A DNA stretch of 64,000 nucleotides from Octopus bimaculoides (lineage: Eukaryota): the NCBI RefSeq assembly GCF_001194135.2, contig NC_068981.1, forward strand, positions 167,017,549 to 167,081,548. The letters are read 5' to 3'. Positions 13,836 to 26,297 of the stretch are shown one piece after another. Position numbers and translations under genes: made by a program. The notes beneath the pieces are model-generated. The model saw only the letters and a list, made by a program, of their open reading frames with translations, was not told the DNA's origin and did not search any database. Position 1 is the stretch's first letter; the number at the start of each line of letters is the position of its first letter.

Positions 13836-16800
13836 GGGTTGTTATTATTATTTCTTTCATTATTTTCTCTGGATAAATTACTGAAATCTTACCATTTAAA
13901 GTCAGAAAATGTGTTATTGTTTTTAGATAAATGAAAATTATTAAGAAATCTGTCTTTGTATTCTTTAGAAAGTCTAATATAACTCCACAATGAAAACCTC
14001 TGTGGTTAATTCATTCATAATCCTTCAAAATTTATGGTAAAATAGAAAAAAAAATACAGGAGCAATAACTTTTGCATATTTTTTAAAGTTTTCTCTCTCT
14101 AAATATGTGTCATCCTTCATGAGAGCTCTCTTTTGCATTGCAAGCTGCAAGATAAACCCACTAGTGATGGTGCCACAAATAGCACTCAGTATGCATATGT
14201 TATGTTTTTATGCATGTTTTTCCATGAATGTATGGATTAGGTGAATATATTATTAAGGAATTGTTTTCCTGTTGCCAACCTTTATCTGTTTTCCATGTAA
14301 GAAATCTTATGTTTCACATTTTCGAAAGTACAAAGCAAGGTGATTTGATAGTGACAACACCACCACTTGTAGCTTGTGACTTGTATAGAATGCAAATGTA
14401 AACAACATGGATAGGGGAAACACACTCATTATGTATATATGTATGGCAGACTTCCTTCACTTTCTGATTACCAAATTTATCAAAAGGCTTTGGTTGGTCC
14501 ATCATTATAGTAGATGACACTTGCCCAAGGTGCTGTGCAGTAGGACTTGAAACAATGGTTGGAAAGTAAAGTTGTTAAGCACATAGCGATGCCTGACAAG
14601 GTTGGAGGAAGATATTTTAATAAACTATTGTATGATTTGAAATTAAATTGTGCAGTGAGGAGGCTCTTTAGTTTTACTGACAGCAAGACAGTCTCTTTAG
14701 TTCTGGTGCCATGAAACAACACCCAGTACATTTTGTAAAGTGGTTGTTTTTTGGGACAAACATCCAGCCATAGAAACCACTTCAAACCTGAGACATAGAA
14801 CAAGATGTGGTTTCCTCACCCATTGTATCCTATCAAATTGTCCAACCCATGCTTGAATGGGAAGCTGACATAAAAATGATTATCTATACTAGTTTGGGCT
14901 GGATGTTTCACCATGTTTCGATCTCCTTTTGAGAGCTACTGCTACTGCTTCTATAGACTGTTGCTTGTCTGTCATTTCACTTGGTTTCTACAGCCGACCA
15001 CTTTACAGACTGTATTGATTACTTCTTCATGGCACCAACACAAAGGAATTTGAATAAAGGGACTCAGTGCACTCTCTGCTCAAATTTTCCATCCACTACA
15101 CAAGGTGTACTGGATGCATTTTTTGGTATCAGCACTACAGAAGTTGTCTTGCTCACCTGTCTCTTTGAGGCAGTGCAAGTTATCAGTTTTCTGTTATGAC
15201 ATTAGTGCATTATATGTACAGGTGCCTTCTATATAAGTAGAATTCTCAGAAGTAAACATGTGGATCAGGGAGGCAAAATGGGTGGGGAGTGATGTCAGCA
15301 ATGAGGACTGACATGGAGAGTACTCAATAACATGATTATATTACATTATAATAAAGCTCCATGTGTGTCCCATTGTTTTGATGTCATTTTCTATCATTAA
15401 TAAAATTGTTGGTATTTTTGATTACACAGGTATGCTAGTTGATATATAATGATGATTTAATGTATTATCTCAGACTGCTTCATCCTCTCTTTAACCTACT
15501 CCTCCCTTCTTGGATTACCACTTTCATGGATCTTCCTGTGCACTGTTTGATTTATGTCACACTAATCTACCTTGACTTCATGAACTTTACAATTTTTGCA
15601 TTATATGTGTGTATGAGACACATCAGGACTCGGTTTCATATCTAGAGGTCTAGGATATTGAAATATCAAAAACACCAATGAATATTATCCTATGAAGTTT
15701 CTAGTAATTGCATTCTGCATTTGAAGATCTGATAAGAAACGTAACTCATTACATATCGATTTTTTCATTGTTTGAAGTAAGTTATTTCCCTTAGGTTGAT
15801 TAAAATATATTTAAAGTTAGACTTACAAAGTATGACAAGGTTAAGGAAAGTGTTTCTGTAACTGCGATGTAGTAAAAAGTAAGAAATATAATGAACTACA
15901 AGATAAGTGAATTGCTGGTAAGGATTGACACTATAAGACTTGGTAAAGTAAATGAAATAACAATATGTAGGTATAGTTGAAGAAAATTTGAACAAAGATA
16001 TGTCAACTATACTTTTTCCTTCAGAAATATAGCAAAGAGAAATGCAAGCAAACTATCCTATTACATCTGTTGTTTGAATGGAATAGCATTCTACTCCATT
16101 CTTCGAGAGCTGCAGACAAAACAAATAGTACAAAAAGTTGTGTATTATGCATTGCTTAAAAGAGCCTCAGGATATGTGGATTTAAGATACTTGAATATCT
16201 GTCAGATCAGAGATCATCACCAAATGTTGCCACTTTAGTAAATATTTTATCACAAGGCTTTGGTTGGCCCAGCATTATAGTAAAAGATACTTGCTCAAGG
16301 TTCTGTGCAGTAGGACTGAACTTGAAATATCTACACTATCATATATACAATACTGAAAAGAATTGGAATTTTGCATATTGATGGAGGATAAGGGACTATG
16401 AAATTCTGTTTTCTGCTTATCAAATATTGTGAAGAAGTATTACTACATTTATAGTTATTGTTATCTGAGTTCCAGTATATGTACAGTAAGGCTTGTTTAT
16501 GTAATTTTATATCCACAGCCGGTGAACAGTGCTTATTGGATCTCCAGTAGATCAGACACCAGCATTTATTGCAAAGCTACATGGAATTTCATAAAGCACT
16601 AGTTTTTCAGTTTTCTTACAGATATACACCTGCATAGTCTCTATCTACCAGATTCCACTAACAAGATATTGGTCAACTCAAGGCTATAGTATGTGCTGCA
16701 CAGTGGAATCAAATTCAGAATCACTTCTTTTGAAGTAAATTTCTTGACCATAGTCATACATGCAAACATTGATTTTTGACTCTGATGAATTTAAGGATCA

Positions 16801-17183
16801 TTATAGTTATATTGTAGTCTAGTTAATCTGATTTAGTATCAAAGTCGACAGTTTATTGAAATCTCATTTAATGTTAAGTGGTTCATACATTATCTGTGCT
16901 ACAAATCATTCATCTCTTCAGTGTGCAGTTTGATTCCACTGGTTGGAAAGTGTTCTTGCAATAGACTATTATCCTGTCCAAGTGGAGATTTTTCTCTCCT
17001 TTGCTTTCTTCTCTTTTACCCATTCTGGTTTGGTTATATCTGAAGAAATTTGTTTTGCCCTGAGATACTCTATCGTCTTGTAATTATCTTGATAAGTAGG
17101 TGTTTCCACTGTTTACATCAGAAATCACAATGACATTGGCATAATGAAAAATATTACCAGTTAGCTCACATTATACAATAATT

Positions 17184-17312
17184 GCAGCGTGGAAGGTATT
17201 TATAAGCTATTTAAAATACACAAAAACCGTTACATTCATTTCAACATTTAAATTTAATTTGCCGAAATATTTTTGTGTGTTTTAAATGGCTTATAAACAC
17301 CTTCCACGCTGC
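17184..17312. repeat. Inverted repeat, 43-bp arms, 43-nt spacer
   Basis: gcagcgtggaaggtatttataagctatttaaaatacacaaaaa pairs with tttttgtgtgttttaaatggcttataaacaccttccacgctgc (3 mismatches). Confidence 0.9.
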
Positions 17313-18117
17313 CATTGTTTTTTTTTTTCAGCACACGAGCTCAGACCAGGTCACGTGCTATGCAAGTACATCACATACAGTAATAGAAGGAACAAGGGTG
17401 GCAACTCGGAACGTTTTTATTTATTAAGCTTCATCAGCAGAAGTATTGTTGCCATTGCATCTGGTTTGCTCTCCAAAATGTTCATAAAAAAACAAACATT
17501 CTATATAGCAATGATATTAATTGGAAATTTCATTATAAAAGGGGCACTGATCATATATTTAAGTAAACGGAAAAAGGTGTATTATCTGAACTGATTCTTT
17601 TTTTTTTCAACTTCCCCACACATTTCTCTCAATAGATGGTTAGTAATAGTGTTGATGGTGGTTGCAATGAGAGTAGTTGGCTCTGAAACAATCTTGCAGT
17701 CCCATATATTTGACATTAATATATAAAATTGTTTGTATTGGTTTTATTTAGTTGAATGTTTACTTTTTTTGCCTTCTCCATATGCAGTGAAGATTATAGT
17801 AGCAATCACTACCGAGAGAGCTAATTAAGTATGAGTGCATTAAAAATTTTGTTTCTTTTGTAATTTAAAAAAATTGTATGGAAAATAGTATGTGAATTAA
17901 CTTTTATAGTTTTAATATTTTATATTTAATTAAAATAAAATGCTCAGTTGGATCTGGTTTAAAATATTTCAGTTTAGTGATTGAATACCAAAATACAAAG
18001 TGATCATTTCTAACTATACACATTGAAAAACAGTTCATTTCATAAAAATAATAATCTGTTGCCAAAGAGCTTAAAATACTTTTTCTAAATGTGTCATTTT
18101 CTAGACCTGGGCTAATG

Positions 18118-18345
18118 TATTGGGTTGGTGCATAATTATTGCGGCTTTTTTCAACAAATTTTATTCAACAAAAACAATAATATTTAACAAAAACATCTTT
18201 AAATGACGGTCTGACCGTCTGCCAAGCAAATGGGAAGCAGTAATTGAAGTAGATGGTGAATATGTTCTGGAATAATCATTTAAAGATGTTTTTGTTGAAT
18301 AAAATTTGTTGAAAAAAGCTGCAATAATTATGCACCAACCCAATA
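18118..18345. mobile_element. mariner-derived fold-back MITE
   Basis: TA-flanked. Arms 18118-18206 and 18276-18345 are near-perfect inverted repeats. The spacer encodes RLPSKWEAVIEVDGEYVLE*, a mariner transposase C-terminus. Confidence 0.9.
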
Positions 18346-19901
18346 TTTTCATCAAATTTGGATAATCTGTTTACCTTCTCCATGATTTAGGTGGCAGCTC
18401 CTTTGTAGTCTCTCTGTTGAGATGTTATTTATACCATAATGCTGTTCTGTTCTTTTGTAGTTTTAGAGTTTTTAGTATCTTAAGTACTGAATACATTTTT
18501 GTAAGGAATAAATGCTTAATAGCAAAGAAAATTCTTAAAATAGTCATTTAGATTTTTAAAATATTGTTAATATTCATTGCAAGATATAATCTTATGGGAA
18601 ATTAGAGACTCCTTTGGTAAGGCAAGCTTGAGGAAGAATCAGAATATCAGGTATTATTATATCAAGTCTTTTAAATAGTTGCATTTATTATATTACTCAT
18701 CAATTACTAATTGGGCTCTGTTCATTAATTGTAGAGAATTGAGATTTTTAATGTCATGAGGACTTAATTGTCAAAAAAGATCACATTTTATTTTAAAATC
18801 CTTGTGTGTTAAGTGATTTTGCTCATTTTCTACAACTACAGGTTTAATTTGTCAACACTTTGTATTTCTTCAATTTGTTGATTTTGTAAACTGCTGTAGT
18901 CAATCCATCTGCCTTTTATGCTGCCTTCATGTCTTGTCATGCTCTTATTACTAAAAATAACTTTCTGTAATGTTTTGTTGTTGCATGTTTTCTAGGTCTT
19001 GCACTGTGCCAAGATATAATTTATAAAAAAGGTGGGGGTGGGAAGCATAAGATATAATATATTAGTGAAAATGTAATTGAAAATAAAATGTTGGCAGATA
19101 TTTTGCATCTCTTATTCTGTGACTGTTGAGATGTTTCGTTTTGAATTAACACTTTAAATCTAAATAACATTATCCTACTACAACCACATCACAAGGAACC
19201 ACCATAGGGTAAAACATATATTATGTGCTGCAATATAGAAGTTTATGGGGATGGGGAAGTGAAATGGTCAAAGTATTGGATAAATATCTCAGGCGTTGAG
19301 CATCATCTTCAGGTTAATTTGTCTCACCTTTTAATGTTGAAATTCAGTTATAAACACTATTTTAATAAATGACTGATCTGTAAAATTACATATTCTTTTA
19401 GTGGTTTCAGTCAATAGACTGTAACCATACTGGGGTACAACCTTCAAGGGTTTTAACTAATCATATCAATCTCATATTTGTATCAATTTGTATTTACTGA
19501 ATCACTGAGTTGTGCATTACCAGCAAACAGATGCACTTCTTCACTGTAGTTTGTTTACTGAATTCCGCCTACAAGATATTGTTCAGTCTGAGACTATAGT
19601 AGAACACATATCCAAGGTTCCACACAATAGAATTCCACTTGGAACCACATAGTTACAAGGTGAATCTTTTAACTATATGGCTATGTCAATGCACATATGC
19701 ATATAGATGTTTTTAAGGAATATTTACTCCTCCATAGTCATGGACTTATTTACATTGTTTCTGACCATGGCTAATTAGCTTATTCAATTTGTAATATTTG
19801 ATATAAAACTAAATTGTGATGTTTTTGTTTGCATCATTCTTATTGATTGAAATTGATTGACATGGAGTGTGGTTTATATATATATATATTTTTTATTTCA
19901 G

Positions 19902-20027
19902 ACTCCCTATGAGGGTAGAATATATAATTTGAAGATAGAATGTAGTCCTAAATACCCAGAAGAACCTCCTAATATTAAATTTCTCACAAGAATTAAGATA
20001 AATGGTGTTAATGATACAAATGGAGTT
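19902..20027 (+). CDS. UBE2V: UBE2V internal coding exon
   Basis: tttcag acceptor and gtaagt donor. 126 nt, phase 0-0. Translates [42 protein letters not shown] and joins in frame with the flanking exons. Confidence 0.97.
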
Positions 20028-20572
20028 GTAAGTTTAAATTCTTTTTCACTAATATTCTTTATGATGTTTTTTGATTGTGATATAATGACCAGTTAAGCAT
20101 CGCTTATTATTTTGTAAAATGTTGTTTGTGTACTATTAGGTCAGTTCTGATTGAGCAGGCTTAAGTAGTTGGCTGCACAACTAGATTGCAATCTACAGAT
20201 CTAGAGCTTTGACTATTCCCTACCACTGCATGAGTTATGGCATGTATGAGGGTCTTGCTGCACGTTCTGACATACAGAGATTAATTGTAAGTGGTGCAGT
20301 ATTGCAGTATGGACAGCTTGTGTCCAGTGTGTTTATCTATGTTTAGATTCTGGTGGCTACCACACTAGATAGCAGTAAGGTGAAGTCTGTCTGTCTGTGA
20401 AAGCTACTGGTCTTGATACTTAACACTGGTGCCTATCAGCAGAGTATATGGGGCTAATGAAGCTGTTGATGCTATTTCTTTTTTTTCTTTTTCCTGTCTC
20501 ATACTATGTGAGCAAAAAATGTTTCTAAGAATGGTGTTATAGATATCTTTGCTTGTTTGGGAGTGATTATGT

Positions 20573-20737
20573 TGTAGCAGGGGCAGTGAAGGTTGGGTCT
20601 CAGAGCTCACATAACCAAGTCTTCTATTTTTTTGTAGCAGGGGCAGTGAAGGTTGGGTCTCAGAGCTCACATAACCAAGTCTTCTNNNNNNNNNNAGGTT
20701 GGGTCTCAGAGCTCACATAACCAAGTCTTCTATTTTT
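20573..20737. repeat. 60-bp tandem repeat with 10-N gap (unresolved copy number)
   Basis: Unit tgtagcaggggcagtgaaggttgggtctcagagctcacataaccaagtcttctatttttt at 20573 and 20633, with a partial unit after the gap. Confidence 0.9.
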
Positions 20738-21519
20738 AGTATTTTTGTTTTGTTGTGGAGCTTGAGATATAGTGTGTGGTGTTTTGTTTTTCGCATTATA
20801 TTTGATATGGAAAAATTGGGGGGGGGGGGGTTAAGTAGAGCAGGCACTTTCTACAGTTGAATGAATGTATTGTTTGTTGTTAAAAATTGTTTCTATTGAC
20901 CTATGATGTCATGTGAGTTCTCTGTGCACTATTTTGCTTTCTTCACTTAATGATGTAATGGTATTGTATGTAATCTTGAGTATTTTGTCTTTTGTGTATG
21001 TAGCATGTTTATGTTGCTGAGTATGATGTTTGTAATTAATATTTTCTGGTATTTGGTAAGAGAAATATTGTTTTTGGCAGGTGGTACTTTAATCTTTTAG
21101 CATTTAAACTGGCTATATCTGGCCAAAATATTCTGTGTTATGTTCAAACTACCTGGTCTGGCCTCTTACACCTACCCTACAATAAACATTCACATCATCA
21201 AAATCTTGAAGATTATGAGATAATACATGATTAATTCAAAAGAATGTGAATAAATAAGCATTACATTTGACAGAGTAATCTGAATGCTAAAGGGATTAAG
21301 CTTGTTTAGAAACCAGATATCTATGTTGGTATGCTTGGAAGAGTTGTGGGGCTGAGCTTGTGTACTTTTGGAAAGATGCGACAATGATATCATCTGCATA
21401 TAAGACGGTGTATGTTTTGAGGTGTGGAGTGGTTGTGTAGGTATTGGTTCTAGATCTTTCGTTGTATACTTCATAGTTTGCTAGCCAGCATTTTATGTTG
21501 TTTCATTGTGTTGAGTAGT

Positions 21520-21890
21520 TTAGAATATCCAGTGTTAGTTCTTGAGAAATTGAACTGTAGCTATGTCGGGTCACTGCCTTGAAGGGTTTAGTCGAATAAA
21601 TTGACACAGTACTTATTTTTTAAGTCTGTAACTTATTCTATCAGTTCTTTTGCTAAACCATTAAGTTAGGAGGTAAACAAACCAAAACCAGTTGTCAAGC
21701 AGTGGTGGGGTACAAAAACAAAGACATGCACACATGAATACACACACACGATGGGTTTTTCTGTTTGCCTCTAACAAATCCACTCACAAAGCTTTGGTCA
21801 ATCTGGGGCTATAGTAGAAGACTCTTGCCAAAGGTGCTGTGCAGTGGAACTGAATCCAAGACCACATGGTTAGGAAGTAATGGTAGCACT
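21520..21890 (-). mobile_element. Decayed CORE-type SINE
   Basis: Shares gactagtcg-like, aaatccactcacaaagctttggtc and gcagtggaactgaatcc motifs with the intact copies. Confidence 0.8.
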
Positions 21891-22979
21891 TCTGGCTATT
21901 GTTTTGATATTTTGTGTGCGTGTGTGTATTGTTGGGTTGTAGTTTCATTTCAAAATAGTTTTTGTTTCATGCAGAGCCATCATGTGTTTGATGTATAACT
22001 GTATGATTTTTTCATGTTCAACTGCTATGACTTTCTGTGATAAATCTTTAATCTCTAACCAGCACTCTAGCTGTGACCATACCATCTTTTCTGATATATT
22101 ATGTCCAGGACTGAGTTATCTTGTAATTGCAGTCATTTTTAATACATTTGGGTGAAGTTTGAAGGAAATTCAGCTTCTCTTTCTCATAGGTCAAAGAACT
22201 ACATTAGGGCTTCCTCATTGACTTGTATAAAAATATTTTATGAAATGTAGGCAAGTTTTATCATTTAAGAACTAACTAATGTAAAAATTATTGCTTGTGA
22301 TTGCATAAGATTTTACGCTAAATGCATTTGTTACCCTTTAAGCTCTGGTCTCAAGATTCCTGATAGCAACTAAAATATTTTTGTGACTTCATATAAAGTG
22401 ATTAACTGGTACAAGAAAAATGCTTGTTAGTGGCAATCCTGTGATTGTACTTTTCCTTGAAAAACTTATATTTATTTTGTTTTATATATTTGATTGTTAT
22501 GGAAATCTTTTCATCTTTATCAGTCAAAAAATGCAGCTAGGATGTGAAAGAACCTTTTAAAAACACTCAAAACTTTGTTAGTTCCACATTAAATTTATTT
22601 GATGAGGTGTCAAAATTTTTGTCACATAATTGTAGACTTGATCATTGACACAGTTTCATCATCTGTGTCAGTGACTAGTTCACAGTTGTACGATGAAAAT
22701 TTTCATACCTCATTGAATATATTTTAATTTAAAAGGATTTTTAACTGCTTTGTGTGTTATTAAATGACTCCTTCACTACGTAATTGCTTAAGTTTCAACA
22801 CAGTCTTAGATCAAGCCACTTGTTAGTCAGGTATAACTCAAAAACAATATTTTACAATTACTAATAAATTTTTATTTAAATGTGGAAATTCCAAACTTTT
22901 AGTAGGTTACTGTTTTATTAAAAAATATTCCACCAGTTCTTTTAATTTCGTTGTCTTCTCATTTGTCCTCATTTTGCAG

Positions 22980-23126
22980 GTTGATCGGAAAAAAGTGTGT
23001 GTTCTTAATTGCTGGCAGAAAAACTACACAATCAAACATTTACTAACTGAAATAAGACAATTGATGTACATGAAGGAGAATCAGAAGTTATCACAGCCTC
23101 AAGATGGTTCTATGTTCCAGAATTAG
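22980..23126 (+). CDS. UBE2V: UBE2V last coding exon
   Basis: Polypyrimidine tract plus ttgcag acceptor. 147 nt. Translates VDRKKVCVLNCWQKNYTIKHLLTEIRQLMYMKENQKLSQPQDGSMFQN*, a UEV C-terminus (M.KEN.KL.QP..G). Asp sits at the E2 catalytic-Cys position (GVVD). Confidence 0.97.
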   Translation, partial: VDRKKVCVLNCWQKNYTIKHLLTEIRQLMYMKENQKLSQPQDGSMFQN

Positions 23127-26100
23127 CAATTTTTCTCTACCTCTCTTTTTACAAATCTAGCAGTGGGCTGAACGAAAATCTATTTCTACTACTATTACAC
23201 AACACCTATTATTTTTCTTTTCTTTCCCCCCAGCTGCAACCAACATCACTTAGCCTATCCACTTCCCCTCCGTTTTCTTTCTCTTTCTCTGTCCAGTTGA
23301 CTGATGTAGTTATGGTCACATTCCTGTTCCCTCTATCTTTACCCCTTTTTTTGAGGACCCATGACTAAAATTAAGTCTCTATTTGTTCCCTCTTTCAATA
23401 ATGCCAAGAAAAGAAATTCTGTTAACATTATGGCTTGTCTCCATTATATATGTCTAATTATTGCTTCTTTCTGGAGAATTTAATAAATTTATGTGCATAA
23501 TTACTGTGCACTAGGCAAACCAGTTTCAATATACCAGTAAAGTTTAAAAGATTAGAAGAAATATCTGAGTGTAACTATGACAATCTTTATCTACAACAAA
23601 GTAATAATCCTCTTTCTCTTGATTTAAAAACAAAATCCTTTGTTCTTTCTTTAATCTAGTGATTCTGTTAAAGGCAGTGATCGGTAATTCTTGTGTAGGC
23701 TTTCTTTTTTTAAATTCTGAGCATTGCACACTCTGGATCACTTAAATCTTTTCTGGAATTTCTGGTCTTTAAAATGAAAGCAACTCTATAAGATAATCCA
23801 TTAAAAAAAATACTTTGTGAAAGATACCCTGAAAAAAAAAAAAAAAAAGAATTTTTTTTTATATTTTATATTTTGCAAATAACAATAGAAAAGTGTGAGG
23901 GCTGGATGAGAGCAAACCTTATTTTGTGAATATGTGCTTCAATTGCTTTAGAGATGGCTTACATTTTTTAGAGCCTAAAAACAGCACATTCACTCTGGGA
24001 AAAATGAAGTTAATGAATAAATTCAACTTTTCAAAGGTAGTGGTTCGTTATATAAGTCATAATTAAAGATAGAAATATTTTTCTTTCTCTTCTTCTTCTT
24101 CCTCTAATCAGCTTAGTTGTTGAAAAACACATAACTCCTGGACATTGTTATTCTGGACAAAAAGGAAGAAAGTCAAAACAATTCTTTTATTTGTCCAATA
24201 ATCTGAATCAATAAATTTGGTATAATAATAACTAATGAAAAGGAAGAATCATTTTCTTTCAATAAAAATGGTTTACTGTTACTTCAGATTTAAATGAAAA
24301 AAATATATTTTCCCTAACATTAATTTTGGCATTCATCTTTTCCTCTTGCTAATGCATTTTTGTGTTAAGTTCCAGGTGTTGACTTGGCAATCTCTGTACA
24401 AGTGGATAATAGCTGATGTAATTCTCAAATTAAAAATTATGAAGCATATAATCTCATGAGAATGTAAACGATTATAACATTGACATGTATATCTCCATAA
24501 ACACTTTTTAATGCATATGAATGCATGTCCTAATGTGTAGATTTTCAATGCAGGAGTATTGCTTGTGTAGACGTGTAAATACACATCTTTAGAAACATTA
24601 AATATATAGCCCTGTGCACTCTTCCATTTGTCAGCATTGATGTACATTTGTAAACTATATTGTTTGCCAAGGTGATTCATTTTATTGAGGATGTAGTAAG
24701 ATCTAGAAAAATGTCATTTGTAACAGCTAAGTTAAAATGATTTACTTTTTTTTTTTTCCCCCATTTGTTTCCTAAAAAGAATACTAGGTTGGTCTGTTGG
24801 TTTCATATTTTATCTGAATGGACCTGTTAAAAGATATTTTTGCTTCGCTATCAAAAAAGCCACTGCAAATTTGGAGAACACTACCAAGACTCTTCTTCAC
24901 TATGTTGGACTTGGCTTTTAGTAATTTTGATTACTCTTCCAAATAAAGCTTAAAAGAACTAAGTTTTGTACCTCACGTGTCAGTTTTTATCAAAATGTAT
25001 CCTTGGTACAGCTACAACAGTTCTACCTACTTTTCAAGTTAAAATTTTTAGTTCTTAATTAGTTTTTTTTTAACAATTAAGCAAGCAAGCTTTTTTTTTT
25101 AATTAGATTTGTTTTGAATAAATTTATTTCTAGGTTTTCAAGAAATAAATGTATGTCTTATAATTTGGAATAAACATACTGATAGTATTCTATAATGACT
25201 CTTGAGTGAAGCAATCTACTGCTGTTTTCCAGCTTTCTGTTTCTGTATGATGATGTTTTATTGAACATGTCATTTGATTAATTAAAACCTGTTGTTAAGC
25301 ATTTTCTGTAGTTTGCATATTTAAAATTATCTTTTAAGGCAATATAATAAAAATACAGTAAAAATTTCAGGTTTTAATGTATGCATGTATGGCACTCTGT
25401 ATGGGACTTGTTTAACTGTCTTTTCTGTAGCCTTATTTTATTTTTGCTTTAGATTGTCAAGTATTCCATTTATTTGAATAGCTAAATCTAATTTTTGTTG
25501 ATTTTTTTTTTTTTTTAATTTATAATCTTAGTTATCTATGATGGTTTCTAAAATCAGGTTGCTTGATATAAAGAGTTGTGATTAATTGGAAATGGTCATT
25601 TGATGAATGACATCAAAATAAACATAGGAACTTTTTCAATCTCCTTGTTTTCTGATAGTTTTTTTATTATTATACTTGTTATATATACAAGTATATACAT
25701 CATTATAAAGAAATATGTTATTTGATATGTTGTTATTACTTCCTAGTCTTTTCAATGAGTTTTTTCGCAACTGTTCTCTAATTGAATCTTAGATGTTCAG
25801 TTGGCCAAATGAATCCTCAGTAAGTAGTCAAGCTGCATAGATATTATATAACTAACATAGGAATTATGTCATTGTTCAGTGTCCTGAAATCTACTAATTT
25901 TATGTCTTTGCTTATTTTGGAAAGTATACAATTTCATTGGTTTGATGTTTCATTATACTCTACTATCAAAATTTTAATTATTACCTTAAATATAATATAT
26001 ACTAATCAGATGAACCTTTTTATAAATATTTTGCTGTATGTAGCAAAATCTTGATGATTGACTTATTGTGTGAGGAGTTGTGGGTGATGTCTATATTCCT

Positions 26101-26297
26101 CAATTGAATGTTTGTAGAGATGAGTTTGGGAATTTTGGTGTTAGATTTTGATTGATATCAATGATCCTGTGTTAATTTATTTGGAAAATGACATCTTTAC
26201 ATACCTGCTATTGTAAATTGACTTCTAATATTTTAAAACTATTCCTTACCAACTTAACTCATATCATGTTTACTATTTCAATATTTTGCAAGTTATG

